The notes beneath the pieces are model-generated. The model did no database searches. It saw only the letters and a program-made list of their open reading frames with translations, and was not told the DNA's origin. From the NCBI RefSeq assembly GCF_000143415.4, contig NW_003314291.1, positions 1 through 64,000 on the forward strand: a DNA stretch of 64,000 bases. The letters are read 5' to 3'. Both the position numbers and the translations under genes were made by a program. Source of the DNA: Selaginella moellendorffii. Lineage: Eukaryota > Plantae > Lycopodiophyta. Below, piece by piece: positions 50,378-63,098 of the stretch. The stretch's first letter is position 1. Each line of letters begins with the position of its first letter.

Positions 50378-52191
50378 AAAGGTTGGGGCCTTTAGCTTCT
50401 CTCTCCATGTCTTTGCGGCTTCTCTCTCCATGTCTTTGCGGGCAAGGGCATATCACATTTTTGTAAGTTGGGTGATATCCAAAGCAACAAGGGTGGCTAA
50501 GTCCATTTGGTCATTTCCTTGTTAATGACAGCCGAAAGGTGTTTGAGTTGGTAACACATTTGCATTAGACAAAAAAGTTATCTTAACTCATTTAAGTTGT
50601 GCATTTCTTACATAATGTGATCACTGTCAACTTTTTCTAGAGTTTTTTTCTTAGTGGTGGTTTAGATTAGAGTATGCATCGATAAGGACATCAATCTTCC
50701 CTAAGGGGGAGAGAGTATTGCGAATGTGATTACGGGTATTGAAAGTTACTTATTAGTTAGTCTTTTCGGTTACTACTATGACAATAGGAGGTCCGTAATG
50801 TTGGGCTTTTTATTAATCCCTCTTGTTTAAGTGTTAGTAAACTTGATTTAACATTTATATTTGGTCAAACGAGCATAAGGAATTCCTAAATGTCTATTTA
50901 ACTAAACATATTTAACCTGGCTTGTTAGTTCTTTTTTGCTTTATCCTACATTAGCTTGACAAGAAACCTTGTGATATTTAATTTGGTCTTTCAATATTGT
51001 TAGATGATAGATTATTGTGTTTGCCAAACACTCTTGATATCATGCCCTCCTATTCAATTCTAATTTCTATTTATAAAAAGTGTTTAGATTTGTTAATTTA
51101 GCATATCTATAAAATATAAAGATTGTCCTAAACACACTAGTGTTAATCTCATATCCAAATTCACAATCTAATGCCATTTCATATTTAATAAGTTTCAAAC
51201 TTATCTTAGAGACTAACTCTTAGTACTAAGGGTCAAGGTTGTGGGGGGTTTTAAATGTATAATAAGCATACACAAAGTTGGCATATGAGGGAAACTTTAC
51301 CAATGTCAAATGCACTTGCCGCCCAAAAAAAAAGAGCTCACAACCACTCCTAAATGACATGGGAGCTTATGGCAGCCTCAATAGGCAGCGCTCCAGCAGT
51401 ATGGTTGGGCTGCACAGCACCCAGCGATAGTGCTAAGCAGCACTCAAGCAACCTGGGTGATGCTCACAGTGCCCATCACAGCGAGATGAGACTTTGCATG
51501 TACTCTCTACCAGCAATCTCAAAATCAAGTTCAATAAAATCAAGGATCAAGGCTTACATGATTGCTTGGACGTCATCCTGGACAATAGCAAAAGGAAGTG
51601 GAGTAGATGTATCCAAGTACTGCTTGCAAATTGACTTCTTTTGAAAATTTGACATCCTTAATTTTCTGATTAGCTTTTCATGGTGATAAATGTATGATTG
51701 GCAACTCTGCATATCAATTTTGTCTTTGAATCTGCACTCGCACCTGCTGATAGGGCCTAAACTTGCCACCAGGTGGAACTCCCGGTGGCCCATGGGAGCT
51801 CCACTACTGTTTAGATTCCTTTCAGCTGAATATATATATATATATGGTTTGTTTCATGGATGCAATGTATAATCATTACAAATTACATAATTAAACTCCT
51901 TAATTCTCTTGTATAGGTGCAATCGAGGGCGAGTCAAAGTCTCTTCCAGAAACTGATAGATCATGGAAAGTCGGTCAGTTGAATTTTCACGTTCAACAGG
52001 ATCATATACGTATCATATACGTAGCAAATACGTAATTGCAATGCGAACAAAACTGTGCTCTAGATTTTCAAAAGTTGTGATATAACCCAAGGACTTCACT
52101 CGCAACCCCCCCGCTATATAAATGCACCCCGCCTCTCCATTCAATCAAACACTGCTCAGCTCTATCCATAGTTAAAGTGCTGCTTTTTGCA

Positions 52192-52428
52192 ATGGCATCC
52201 CTTCGTGCTTTCACTGCTTTCTTCTTGTGCATGCTCGTTGTTGCAATCGTGGAGCACGCCAATGTGGTGGAAGCTCAGGCAGCGTGTGCAACCCGTCCCT
52301 GTTGCGGTCGTCAGGGTGGAGGAGGCCGCTGCAACCCGGGCCTGTGCTGCAGCCAGTTTGGCTACTGCGGATCGACATCTGATTACTGTGGTGAGGGCTG
52401 CCAGCGCGGCTATGGGAGATGCAACTAA
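52192..52428 (+). CDS. Secreted hevein-like (CBM18 chitin-binding) peptide, 10 Cys
   Basis: Signal peptide ending VEA; mature [50 protein letters not shown] with the S-x-F-G-Y chitin motif; TATA box at ~52115. Confidence 0.93.
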   Translation: MASLRAFTAFFLCMLVVAIVEHANVVEAQAACATRPCCGRQGGGGRCNPGLCCSQFGYCGSTSDYCGEGCQRGYGRCN

Positions 52429-53682
52429 ATATTCCATCTAATGTGCTAGACACCTGCAACATGAAAGTTGCGAATAATATCTAAATAATCACTGGTGTCC
52501 TCTATTCTCCTTTTATATATATGGTGTAATGTTTGCTATGTTACCAAGCTGAACGCATTAAGCATCTCATCCAATGCAATCTCCTTCGTCATGACGCCCA
52601 ATGCGCTGCAGGTTAGTGTGGTGGATTCCTTCCACTGCATGGATTGACTTTTTATTCAGGGCTTCAATGTAGAAATCGCAGTGATCTGTTGGGTGCTAAA
52701 GCAGCAGCATCCTCTCTTTGCATCGGCTGTTTTTTTAAGGCAGACTGTAAGAATCTATAATGTTCATGGTCGTAACATGTTATGAGGCACTTGAGCATTG
52801 CTATCGCACTAGCTTATCTCTTAGCTGCGTAGCTAAGAAAGAAGTTGAGTCCAACCAGAAGGACTGGGCTGTGATTCACATAATAAACATTTTGGTTTTA
52901 CCAAGCAAGGTTGGCTCTATCACTTGTGATGCACAGCCGTCTGGGAGCTATATCTAGAGTGGTAGGATTGTAGTTGCAATGGTTTCAATGCCAATATATT
53001 TTATTTGATGATATTACTATGACAACAAGAGATTGGCGATTGTTCATGGGGCTGATTCAAATTGCCAGGCATAGAACTGACAGGAGTGGATTTACTGGAA
53101 TACAAGCTTCTTATAAAATTCATACACCGGCAATAACGTGCAATAAAAAGGAATCAAGACTCAAGAATCTAACACAAATTCTAGCTTACATCTAGGCCAT
53201 GATCTTCTTTTGTTTTCCAACTTCAGTTAATAACTTGCATTCATCTTTGAGGAATTACAGCTTGCTTTTGAGACTGGAAGGGAGAGCACAGCTCCAAGGC
53301 CTAGGAATCCTGTGCTGGTGGCACATGATCCTGAGCCACCATGGCATGCTCCGCCATTGGAAGGAGAGAATTGCGAACTGGAAGGAGTGCGAGAGAAATA
53401 AAAGCTGCAATGGATAACCGTTGAAAAACCACACATCCAACCTTCTAAAGTCTCTACTGCCACAGCTTTATGACCAGACTGGCATCAGTTTTTTGACATT
53501 TGAACTTGCTACAGTGGCATCTTGCGGCTGCAACGGACAAAAAAAAGAATCAGAAACACAAGAACAAGAAAACAAGGCTAGAAACTGAAAAACAAAACTG
53601 GAAACCAAACTTCTATCTTCTACCTTATTTTGACAGTGCTTGTTCCATGTGAAGTGTGAAAGTTTAATTACCCAAATAGCAG

Positions 53683-53727
53683 CACACACACACACACACA
53701 CACACACACTCTCTCTCTCTCTCTCTC
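53683..53727. repeat. (CA)n(CT)n microsatellite in the 5' region of the second hevein gene
   Basis: Direct reading. Confidence 0.95.
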
Positions 53728-53738
53728 CAAGTTTGTGA

Positions 53739-53975
53739 ATGGCATCTGTTCGATTTGGAGCTCTCACTGCTCTCTTCCTGTTCGTGCTCGTTATCGTAAT
53801 GGCCAGTGTCATGGTGGAAGCTCAGGGAGAGTGCGCAAACGGGCCGTGTTGCGGTGCTCAGGGTGGCGGAGGCGTCTGCACCTCGACCCTGTGCTGCAGC
53901 CAGTTCGGCTTCTGCGGATGGTCGAGTGATTTCTGTGGAGCGGGCTGCCAGAAGGGATACGGCAGCTGCAACTAA
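53739..53975 (+). CDS. Secreted hevein-like peptide, paralog, 10 Cys
   Basis: Signal peptide ending VEA; QGECANGPCCGAQGGGGVCTSTLCCSQFGFCGWSSDFCGAGCQKGYGSCN. Confidence 0.93.
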   Translation: MASVRFGALTALFLFVLVIVMASVMVEAQGECANGPCCGAQGGGGVCTSTLCCSQFGFCGWSSDFCGAGCQKGYGSCN

Positions 53976-54394
53976 CACCAAAGTTTGCCAGAAACTAGTT
54001 TCAATCTGTAGCCACTCTCGCCACTCTGGATCAATAAGTCACATGGCCATGTTTCCATTGATTCCTCAGGAAACAGGCACTTGATCAATTTCCAAATATT
54101 ACATGTTTTAGTAGATCCATGAAAAAGGGCGAAAGGTGGTGAATCGAGATTAGGGCTTGTTTGGCCTTTAATACATCTAAAACAACGTTTCTTCTAGAAA
54201 ACGCCACACTCGCCTTCCAAGACTTTAGTTCAGAAGCTCTTGAGAAGTTTCTCTTGACTTGATGTCAAACCATCCACGCAACTTTGCCTAGCAACAAAAC
54301 TGCGCAACTTAGCAAGCGCAAACAGACCCAGAAAAGAGTCGCAACGAGGAAGAGAGATCCAGAGATGAAGCAAGCCCTGGTAAAGTAAAAGAAA

Positions 54395-55909
54395 ATGGTA
54401 GCAATGAGGAAGAACAAGGGCCATGTCGTCGCAGTACCTTTCCCGGCCCAAGGCCATATGTCGCCAATGCTCCATCTTTGCAAGCGCATCGCGGCCGATG
54501 GCTACCGCGTCTCGTTCGTCAATCCCAGCAGCATACACGAGCAGATGGTCCGCCACTGGAAGCCATCGCCAGGCCTGGACATCCACCTGGATCAGCTCCC
54601 ATTCTCAGTCCACATCCCCCACGGCATGGACACTTACGCAGCGCTCAACTTGAGCTGGTTCTTCGACGAGCTCCCCACCATGTCCGCCTCGCTCGCCGAG
54701 CTCCTCCACAGATTCTCGGACGAGGGAGCTCCGGCTTGCTGCATCATCTCGGATATCTTCCTGCCGTGGACTCAGGACGTCGCCAACGAAGCTGGAATCC
54801 CGCGAGTTGTCCTCTGGGCGTCTGGTGCGACGTGGTCGGTGTTCGAGACCTATGCAAAGGAGCTGTCAGAGAGAGGTCACTTGCCATTGAAAGGTAAGCA
54901 AGCACTTACCTTTGGGGAGAAAGCTCTGGACCGGAACGTAACGTTGGCTGTGTTTGCAGACTCGGATGTTTTCGATGATAGCTGCACCATCGACTATCTT
55001 CCGGGAGTCACTCCGCTTCCAGCATCCGCCATCCCGTTTTACATGAGAATCACCGAAAAACGCTGGGTGGAGCTCATACTAGAGAGGTGTGAAAGCATCT
55101 GGCGTCGAGAAACTCCGTGGATACTTGTCAACTCTTTCTACGAGCTGGAGCAGATCACTTTCGACTCGATGGTTAAGGAGTTTGGCGAGAACTACGTCCC
55201 GATCGGCCCACTGTTCTTGCGTGACGGTCGTGACGGTGAGTCGGCAGGGCCCGAAAATGTCTTGCTGCGCGACCAGAGTATGGAATCGCTGGAGTGGCTC
55301 GACCAGCAGAAGGAATCGTCGGTGCTCTACATATCCTTCGGTAGCATCGCCGCTCTTAGCAAGGAACAGTTTGAAGAACTGTCTGGAGCTCTTGAGGACT
55401 TGCAGCAGCCGTTCCTGTGGGTAGTGCGGCCGGAGCTCTTCACAAACTTCACGCCGGAGTTCCAAACTTCATATGCGAGCTTCTGCGAGAGGACCAAGGC
55501 GCTGGGAATGGTGATACCTTGGGGAACACAGCTGCAAATCCTACAGCACCCGGCTCTTGGAGGATTCCTCACACACTGCGGCTGGAACTCCATCATTGAG
55601 AGCATTGCCAATGGCGTTCCTATGATTGCTTGGCCGTGGGGAGCGGAGCAGAACACCAACGCCAAGCTCATAACAGTCGACTGGAAAGTTGCCTCCAAAC
55701 TTCCAACCAGGGGTTACTTCGAGCTCGTCCCGAAGTCCGAGATTGCCAAGGCCATCAAAGCCGTGACGGACGACGGGCAGGAGCGGGCTGTCCTCCAAGA
55801 AAACGTACAGCGTCTGAAGAAGCTGGCCAGGAAAGCCATTCTCGACGGAGGGCAGTCTTTGTTGAATCTGGAGAAGTTCCTTGACCAGATCGGTCAATGG
55901 GCTTCTTGA
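54395..55909 (+). CDS. Family 1 UDP-glycosyltransferase
   Basis: HVVAVPFPAQGH N-terminus; PSPG box WGTQLQILQHPALGGFLTHCGWNSIIESIANGVPMIAWPWGAEQ; in-frame 66-bp intron 54894-54959 (GTAAGC...TTGCAG). Confidence 0.95.
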   Translation: MVAMRKNKGHVVAVPFPAQGHMSPMLHLCKRIAADGYRVSFVNPSSIHEQMVRHWKPSPGLDIHLDQLPFSVHIPHGMDTYAALNLSWFFDELPTMSASLAELLHRFSDEGAPACCIISDIFLPWTQDVANEAGIPRVVLWASGATWSVFETYAKELSERGHLPLKGKQALTFGEKALDRNVTLAVFADSDVFDDSCTIDYLPGVTPLPASAIPFYMRITEKRWVELILERCESIWRRETPWILVNSFYELEQITFDSMVKEFGENYVPIGPLFLRDGRDGESAGPENVLLRDQSMESLEWLDQQKESSVLYISFGSIAALSKEQFEELSGALEDLQQPFLWVVRPELFTNFTPEFQTSYASFCERTKALGMVIPWGTQLQILQHPALGGFLTHCGWNSIIESIANGVPMIAWPWGAEQNTNAKLITVDWKVASKLPTRGYFELVPKSEIAKAIKAVTDDGQERAVLQENVQRLKKLARKAILDGGQSLLNLEKFLDQIGQWAS

Positions 55910-56060
55910 AAGCTGTTCTCGATACGTTCTTCGCTGACCAGCGAATAATAGCTTGTTGCATTCAGCTGGCCACTGCTCTCTCCCTCCCCGTGTCTGTACC
56001 GTCCTCCCTGTGTGACGGCGCGAAGTCGAGTCAAGTGAACTGTCCATTTAGTTGAGACTT

Positions 56061-57458
56061 TCAGCCCTGTACGACCTTGGCCGCAGCAGCAGTGTCGCAT
56101 TCGGCGGCAGCGCTGCCGACCTTTCTTTCCCCATAACTGTGCAGAACCTTGAGCAGCTTCACAGCTTTGCGCCTCGCCCTCTGCGTGCAATGGCTCTGGA
56201 GCAGCAGCAGCAAGGACGTCGAAGCCCGCGCTTGAAAGGCCATCTCCAGTGCCTCCTCATTGCTGTCCAAAGGAGTGCTGGTGTCGGTGCAAATAACGGA
56301 GCACAGCACCCCCGCTGCGTACTCCGTCCCACGGTCCGACACCCTGAGAATCATGCTCAGTAGCAAAGGAATCGCCAGCGCGTGGCGCAGGATTGCCGCT
56401 CTTCCCTCCAAAGTCGTCGACAGCAGCTCCAAAGTTGCTAGGATCCTCTCGGAAGTCACCCCTTTGGCTTCCGTGAGCAGCTCCAGCAAACTTGCCACCA
56501 CCCCTGCCTTGACTGCTGCCACCCGGTTGTCCTTGCTCAAGCACAGCGCTAGCAACGCCTTCACCCCACACTTGACAAGCTGCTCTTCACGCTCGCTCAA
56601 GAGTCCCACCACAGCTTCCAAAAAACTCCCAGCGTCTAGCGTATCAACCTGCTGTTCTTCGCTTTGAGAGACCGCCGAGAGCATGACTAGAAGCGTCGTA
56701 GCCGCCACCTTAGACGAGCTTGGACCTGTTCGAAGGAGCCGCTCTAGCACCGAACTAATGCCTGGAGCCCGAGCTATTGCTTCCAACACTAAGTCGCTAC
56801 TACTAGAAAGAGTGACGAGCAAACTAAACACTACATCCAATACCTCCGCAGACTTATCTATATCGTTGCCCTCGTCCGACACCAAGAACGCCACAAGCTC
56901 GCTGTGGAGTCCCATCTTCACCATCGTCTGTCGATTCCGCGATGAAACCGCCAGCGAGCTCAGCGATCTTAGCGACTGTGACGAACAGCACCTGGAGCTT
57001 ATGACATCCCTGACAAGATCCTCCAGAGACCGTGGCTGCTGATGCTTCTCTAAACATCCCAGTTCCTGGATTCTTACCCGTGGCGATTCTACGCGAGGAC
57101 TGATCACATCGATCGTGGCCAAGTACCGACTGCCGGCATTGCCCCTGACGCTGCGATTGTGTAATTTGAGGGCAAGCTCCCATTGTGTCGAGCTCGGCAC
57201 TCTCTGGAATCTCCTGTTGCATTCTTGCCTCTCTGCCGCCTCCGCCGCGACCCTATTCTCTTTGTCATCGCTGCAAGAGGAGGCGATCGTCGTGGTCGCT
57301 ACCGATGACGCCGATGAGGAGCCGCGATCCTGCGGCAGAGCTGGAGATGGCGTGCAAGGGCTGAGAACCACATCCGAGCACGCGCCAAACATCCCGCACG
57401 AGAAAATCTGCGCTGGCTTCACATATTTCAGCCGCGGATGATGCCGCCGCAGCTTCAT
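56061..57458 (-). CDS. ARM-repeat protein (plant PUB-like C-terminus, no recognisable U-box)
   Basis: Intronless; NRVAAVKAGVVASLLELL, LRVSDRGTEYA, LLLLLQSHCTQRARRKA resemble PUB ARM repeats. Confidence 0.85.
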   Translation of the reverse strand: MKLRRHHPRLKYVKPAQIFSCGMFGACSDVVLSPCTPSPALPQDRGSSSASSVATTTIASSCSDDKENRVAAEAAERQECNRRFQRVPSSTQWELALKLHNRSVRGNAGSRYLATIDVISPRVESPRVRIQELGCLEKHQQPRSLEDLVRDVISSRCCSSQSLRSLSSLAVSSRNRQTMVKMGLHSELVAFLVSDEGNDIDKSAEVLDVVFSLLVTLSSSSDLVLEAIARAPGISSVLERLLRTGPSSSKVAATTLLVMLSAVSQSEEQQVDTLDAGSFLEAVVGLLSEREEQLVKCGVKALLALCLSKDNRVAAVKAGVVASLLELLTEAKGVTSERILATLELLSTTLEGRAAILRHALAIPLLLSMILRVSDRGTEYAAGVLCSVICTDTSTPLDSNEEALEMAFQARASTSLLLLLQSHCTQRARRKAVKLLKVLHSYGERKVGSAAAECDTAAAAKVVQG

Positions 57459-57948
57459 CGATGCGCCTCGATCAAGCACAAAGATCGAAATCTATCGGCG
57501 CCGAAAGGAAGATCGAAGCGCGGAAGGAGAAGAACCCTGACAGACCTAGCCCGATCGAAGCGCCGCGGATGATTGCTGGATTCCCCCTCGCATTTCTCTA
57601 GAACCCTGGCGGTATTCTCTGGCGCGCGCCAATAACCTGAAACCCTCCACCATTCGATCAGTCGATCCAACGGCAGCGGCGGCCCACCACGTGGCAATCA
57701 AACACATTTTGGAATCCGAGCCGTTAAAACCCCAAAATGCAACGATCGCGACCGTCCATCTGGCATTCTGTTCACACGAATAAGCGTGGCTCTCAATAAA
57801 TGGGCCCGAGAAAAGAATACAGGAGAAGAACGTTGATTCAAACCATAGACAATTTGGCGGTTAGCTGACTCTTTGACCGCCCGCCTCGAACGAATATTCA
57901 CGCCAGGTGTACGGGCATATCCCATGCCTTTATTGCCTACACGGAGCT

Positions 57949-59322
57949 TTAAGGCAGCGTGCCAAAAATTCGATCCCAGAAATTCGAAGTTATGCCAAAG
58001 CCTACTGTCTGGTTCTTGAAGTGATGATTCAAATGGTACCTCTGGAAAAATCAATCTTTGGATGAGCGATCGAAAGATATGGTGGGAAAAAATGATTTTT
58101 CTTACCTTGAGCCTTCTACTCCATTGATCGAAGGCGACTCCATGGTGGAGAAAGTAGTGTGTAACGTCGTAGATCACGTAGCCGAGGATCCCTCCTCCCA
58201 GGATCGTTGGCGCCATTTCACGAGGAGCTAGCGACGCGATGATCGGCCAGAACTGGAGAGCAAAGCGTGGATCGATCGATAAGTTCGTGATAGATCATCA
58301 AAAGTTTTTGGAGAACTTTGCTTACGATCGAGAGAAACCCGAGAGTGGCCGCTGGAGGAAACACTAGCCGGTACCCGTCCATTGGATGCTTGTGGTGGCA
58401 ACCATGAAGGAGATAATGGAATGTGTTCGACCTGCGAGATCCAAAGTTTCAAAGTTGGCCTCGAGAAAAATGGAAAAAGATCATAAGCGCTCTTACCAGT
58501 AGCCTGATGTTTTGACGTGAAAAAGAAATCGATGCATGCTATACTCGAGAAGTGACCAGATAATCACTCCAGAGATCAAGCACGAGACAATGCTTTGCGA
58601 CTTTAGGCCTCTTTGAGATGACACAAGTAGAAGCCAGCATATAAATGGAAGCCAAACCAGCGGGATCACCCACCAGACTGTTCGTGTCAAAGACTGGAAC
58701 CAAAAGAAGAACTTGAGCTTGAAAGTTTCGGAAGATCGCGTACCTCGAGGATCTGGTTCTCGAAAAACCGAGGGCTCTCTTTGCAAACGATAGGCTGGTG
58801 CACCCATTTCTCGTAAGCGTCTCCGAGGTGACCGACCTGAGAGACGAGAGGTTTGCTCAAATCGACTGTGAAGCCTCCAGTCTTTGGTTTTGTCTCTGAA
58901 TCCTCGGAGTTCTTCGATCTATACAATCGCAGAAGTTTGAAGTCCCAACTTATAGAAGAAAAACCAAAGAACACTCGAGAAAACCACACCTGTGTTGCGA
59001 ATTCTCAAGAATTCCAATGTGGAACTTCTCCAAAGTATCGAATGCGGCATCGCTGTGAGAATGCGCGGCCGGATCGTCGGAGCCCCTCATCAAGCTTCCA
59101 ACATTGTCACTGTCAAGGCTCTGGGAAATTATCTGGAAAAACCATTATAAGGTTCCATCAAACAGTTCCTAGCTACTGGGAATCAAATCAAACTCTTACC
59201 TGTGGGCCTCCCGGATGATCATCTAGGAACTGTGTCACATCGTAGACCTGGCCATCGACAATAATCCACGCATCGCCGGCGGATCTGTGCTTGCGGACGT
59301 CCGCCAAGCTCCACACACCCAT
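57949..59322 (-). CDS. FAH: Sphingolipid fatty acid 2-hydroxylase with N-terminal cytochrome b5 domain (multi-exon)
   Basis: b5 exon ...VYDVTQFLDDHPGG, next exon ...HSHSDAA; VDLSKPLVSQVGHLG; His boxes HRFLFH, HGCHH, HYFLHH, HLNHH; ends FGTLP*. Confidence 0.9.
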
Positions 59323-59621
59323 TGACCGATCGATCGACCGATCCAATCGATCGATCCAGCGCCGGGAGGGATCGCAATGTAGATCTATCGCTAACAAGAT
59401 CGAGCGTCGCTCACACACTCCCACCGCATCGGGCAAAAAGCCTTTCCGACACAAATCCTGACGAAATGGACGGCTCAGATTGAGCCCTAAACTAAAAGGG
59501 TAGAGAAATTTTTGCTCTATAATCCTTCTTGGACTATGCCGTAGAAACCAAAACTTTGCTTGTGCTGGATGGCGATGGCGGTAGCGAGCCTATCAACACT
59601 GTCGATTCCTCGGCCGAAAAT

Positions 59622-61373
59622 TCATAAGATACTGGAGAGTCCAGCACAGAATATGGAAGAACCGCCATTGTCTTCTCCAGCAGCTCGGAAAAACTCTGGA
59701 AATCTAGAACTCAGGACGAAGCGCAAAGAAAAGGATGAAAGAGTATTGCTTGCCTTTGCGTGCCGGACATGCTCGTCAATCGCTTGCCTCCACCTTGACG
59801 ATCCTTTCTCGCCATGGAATAAGTTGGCGACCGGCTGAAACCATTCTGGTGTCAATCGAATTGTTTTCTGGAGTGATATAGTTACCTTCACTAAAACCCG
59901 GATTCCTGGCTTGTTGTTCCCGTACTTTCCAATGACGGACTCTGCGTACTCTTCATACTCGCGTAAAACCTGCACACTAAGACGAAGTTTTGCATCACTC
60001 CAAACGACGAAGAATTGCGAAGATAACTCCGATTGATGGAGATGAAAAGAAATATGCAATGAATTCTACCTGACGACGTGTGATTCGTCTCTCGGGCATT
60101 CCGTAAATACAACTATCCGCTCTAGCCAAGGTGCACCATGGTCTGAGAAAGCCAAAGATTAAATCAAGGATTGATCTAAGTTTCTCTCAAACTTACGTGT
60201 TATATGCCGCACGGCCAAGCATCACTCCGTTTACACCTTTATCAGTTATGAGATAGTTCACCTAGAAACACACCTTAGAGCTTTCGTAAACATGGAGGAA
60301 ACAATGTAGTACCTGCTCAACCGTGGTAATGCCACCGTTTAACGTGAACTGAAGATCAGGAAAATCTCTCATCAACGCAAGAACATACTCGTATCTGCGA
60401 TGAAAGTCGTAAATCTTTGTTTGTGTTCGTCTGAACGAAGCATACTCACTTCAAGGGAGGAGCAACACGGTTCTGTGCTGGACTGAGGCCTTCCAGCAAC
60501 GCTTTGCGAGCATGTATGATAAAATGTCGAGTTGGAGAAAGTGATGAAACTGTAGAGACGAAGTTACCTGCAGACACAAGGTCAAGCTAGGCAAAAGATT
60601 CAAAGGGCTTGTTACAAAGTTGGTCATATGAGTCTGAATCGTCGACGCCTATCCTACACTTAACAGTAACCGGAGCGGAACTTTCTTCCGCAATGGCTTG
60701 CATTGCTTCCCCGACTAGCTGAGAAAACGATCAAAACTGAAGCAAAAGAAAGAAAAAGGAATGAAAAAAGCCATACTCTTGGAGAAAGCATAAGACGAGC
60801 TCCAAAGCATCCATGGCCCGCTACTTTGCTGCTTGGACAACCGCAACTGCGAAGAACAACTCAAACACCGAAACAAGAGAAAAACAAGTAAAAAAATTTA
60901 CTTAAAGTTGATCTCATCGTAGCCAAACGCGCTCACAAGCTTCGCAGCTTTGGATAGATTCGCGAGATTGCTCCCACCGAGTTGTAAGACAATTGGATGC
61001 TGTGCGGCAGGAAACTCAAGCCACCTCTCCTGTGGTCACACATTAGTTCTTTCATTCTAGAGCAAGAAATCCATTACCAAATCATTCTCGTGATGCACGA
61101 TCGTCTCCGCGACAACCATCTCAGTGTAGAGCCACGAGCAGCGGCTTAGAATTCTAGCCAGCGCGCGGAAGTGATTGTCAGTCCATTCCATCATTGGCGC
61201 AACACTACACTGCGGCATTTCTTATAAGCGATCCAGAGGCTTCTCGATTCCAGAGGCTACACAACTAGAAATTACCTGAACCAAGGAGGAGGACGTGAAT
61301 CCACAGAGCTGAGAGACGAAGAGAGGCGCCATCTCTGATCGCGTCGTGGATGATGCGCCATTGCCCTCCACAT
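59622..61373 (-). CDS. tRNA-dihydrouridine synthase, DusA-like (many short introns; ends approximate)
   Basis: Exon motifs FSVAPMMEWTDNHFR, LQLGGSN, CGCPS, KCRIGVDD, HARKALL.GLSPAQNR, FTLNGG, GVMLGRAAY. Confidence 0.88.
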
Positions 61374-61434
61374 TGCCGCGCCAAATGCGTCGACGCCATA
61401 GCTCCCAACGAGAGCCATATTTTCAAATGCTAAG

Positions 61435-61447
61435 AACCCTAAACCCT
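61435..61447 (+). promoter_or_regulatory. Telo-box-like AACCCTAAACCCT in the divergent Dus/SFGH promoter
   Basis: Direct reading; the genes diverge within ~360 bp. Confidence 0.5.
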
Positions 61448-61736
61448 TTTAATTTCCATACCCTAGGTAGCAAGCATTCCCTCGCTCGATCCAATCGAAG
61501 GCGCTGCTCTTCAATCTCGGTACGCTCGATTTCGTCCTTGTTTCTGCGAATCCTGCATTCTTTCTCCAGAATGTGCGCGTTAGAGATTGATTTTTGCAAG
61601 GATTATAGATGTTTCGCAAGGATTTCTTACTGGACTGCTCGTAGTGTTTATGTCTTTCGTGTGTGCAGCGGCAGCAGCGAGCGTCAGGATTTCACTGCGT
61701 TGCTTGGCGACGAAAGCGTGCATCGAGCAGCTGCCA

Positions 61737-63028
61737 ATGGCTCAACTCAAAGAAATTGGCAAGAACAAAATGTTTGGGGGATTCAACCGGCGATTCCAGC
61801 ATCCGAGTAGCTCTTGTGGCTGCGATATGAATTTCAGTGTCTACTTCCCTCCAGCAGCGGATCATGGCAAAGTTCCAGTAAGTTTAGCTATAGTTTGTTT
61901 TGTTCTTTTGTTCTTTATCTTTGGTGGAAAGTTCCAGTGAGTGTAGCTATAGTTTGTTTTGTTCTTTTGTTCTTTCTCTTTGGTGTAAGTTTTGATGGTT
62001 CCTTTGCTCAGGTTCTTTACTGGCTCTCGGGTCTTACGTGCACGGACGAGAACTTTATTCAGAAATCTGGAGTTCAGCGTGTTGCTGCTGCTGAAGGAGT
62101 AGCAATTGTCTGTCCTGATACGTCTCCTCGTAAGTTTCTTTTTCTTTACATAGTATGGTATTGTTCCTGGGTTTGTAAATGATTTGGGAATGTATCAGGT
62201 GGCCTAGGAGTTGAAGGAGAATCTGATAGCTGGGACTTTGGTGTAGGCGAGTGATTTTTGCTTCGCAAAAACAATGGCCTTGGTTTATTTGGCTTTTTCT
62301 TTTTTTTCTCAGGTGCCGGTTTTTATCTCAATGCAACTCAAGAAAAGTGGAAAAAGTGGCGAATGTATGACTACTGCACCAAGGAGCTCCCAGAACTCCT
62401 CAGCTCCAGTTTCGATCAGCTGGACACTAAGAATGCGTCAATCTTCGGGCATTCAATGGGTGGTCACGGGGCTTTAACTATTTTTCTGAAGAACCCAGAC
62501 AAGTACAAGGTGAGCTATAAGGTTCATACTCTTACTCTGACTTTTTCTTTTTCCTTTCTAACAGTCTGTGTCTGCGTTCGCTCCCATTGCGAGTCCTGTG
62601 AATTGTCCATGGGGACAAAAAGCTTTCTCTGGATATCTGGGAGATGACAAATCGTTGTGGGAAGTAAGTCTTGGACGCTTTCCATCATTTTTAATCCTCT
62701 TGTAACTAATCTGCTTACAGGAGTATGATGCCTCTCTGCTTTCACGTAAGTACAAGGGTAATCCTACAAAAATCTTGATCGACCAGGTAATCCTTATTCT
62801 ATTTTCGCGGGTCTTGTTCTTTCGTCTCTCTTAGCTGGAGTGATCGATGTGCAGGGCGATGATGACAAGTTTTACAAAGAAAAGCAGCTCCTGCCAGAAA
62901 ATATTGTGGAATCTGAGCTTTTGCGAGTGGAGCTCCATTTGAGAAGCGGGTACGACCACTCATATTTCTTCATTGCCTCTTTCGTGGAGGACCATATCAA
63001 GATGCATGCCACAGCACTGAAGTCTTAA
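61737..63028 (+). CDS. SFGH: S-formylglutathione hydrolase (esterase D), multi-exon
   Basis: [49 protein letters not shown] nucleophile elbow, GYDHSYFFI. Confidence 0.95.
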
Positions 63029-63098
63029 TGCTTCAGGGTCTGAAGCTTCTAGTTTGCCAGGACATTATATATTCAAGGGGAAAGTGGTTTGTTTCTCT

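Larger units (their letters stand above)
46199..51260 (+). mobile_element. Old, highly degenerate LTR retrotransposon, probably Ty1/copia
   Basis: Diverged direct repeats ~46200-46735 and ~50720-51235; PBS-like TGGTATTGG at ~47014; PPT AAGGGGGAGAGAG at ~50703; LYGL codons at ~48881; AT-rich decayed interior. Confidence 0.55.

Noticed and set aside
51354-53463. Short ORFs around the hevein genes (51354, 51554, 52760, 53199 etc.)
   Set aside because: No recognisable motifs or gene structure; possibly decayed fragments.
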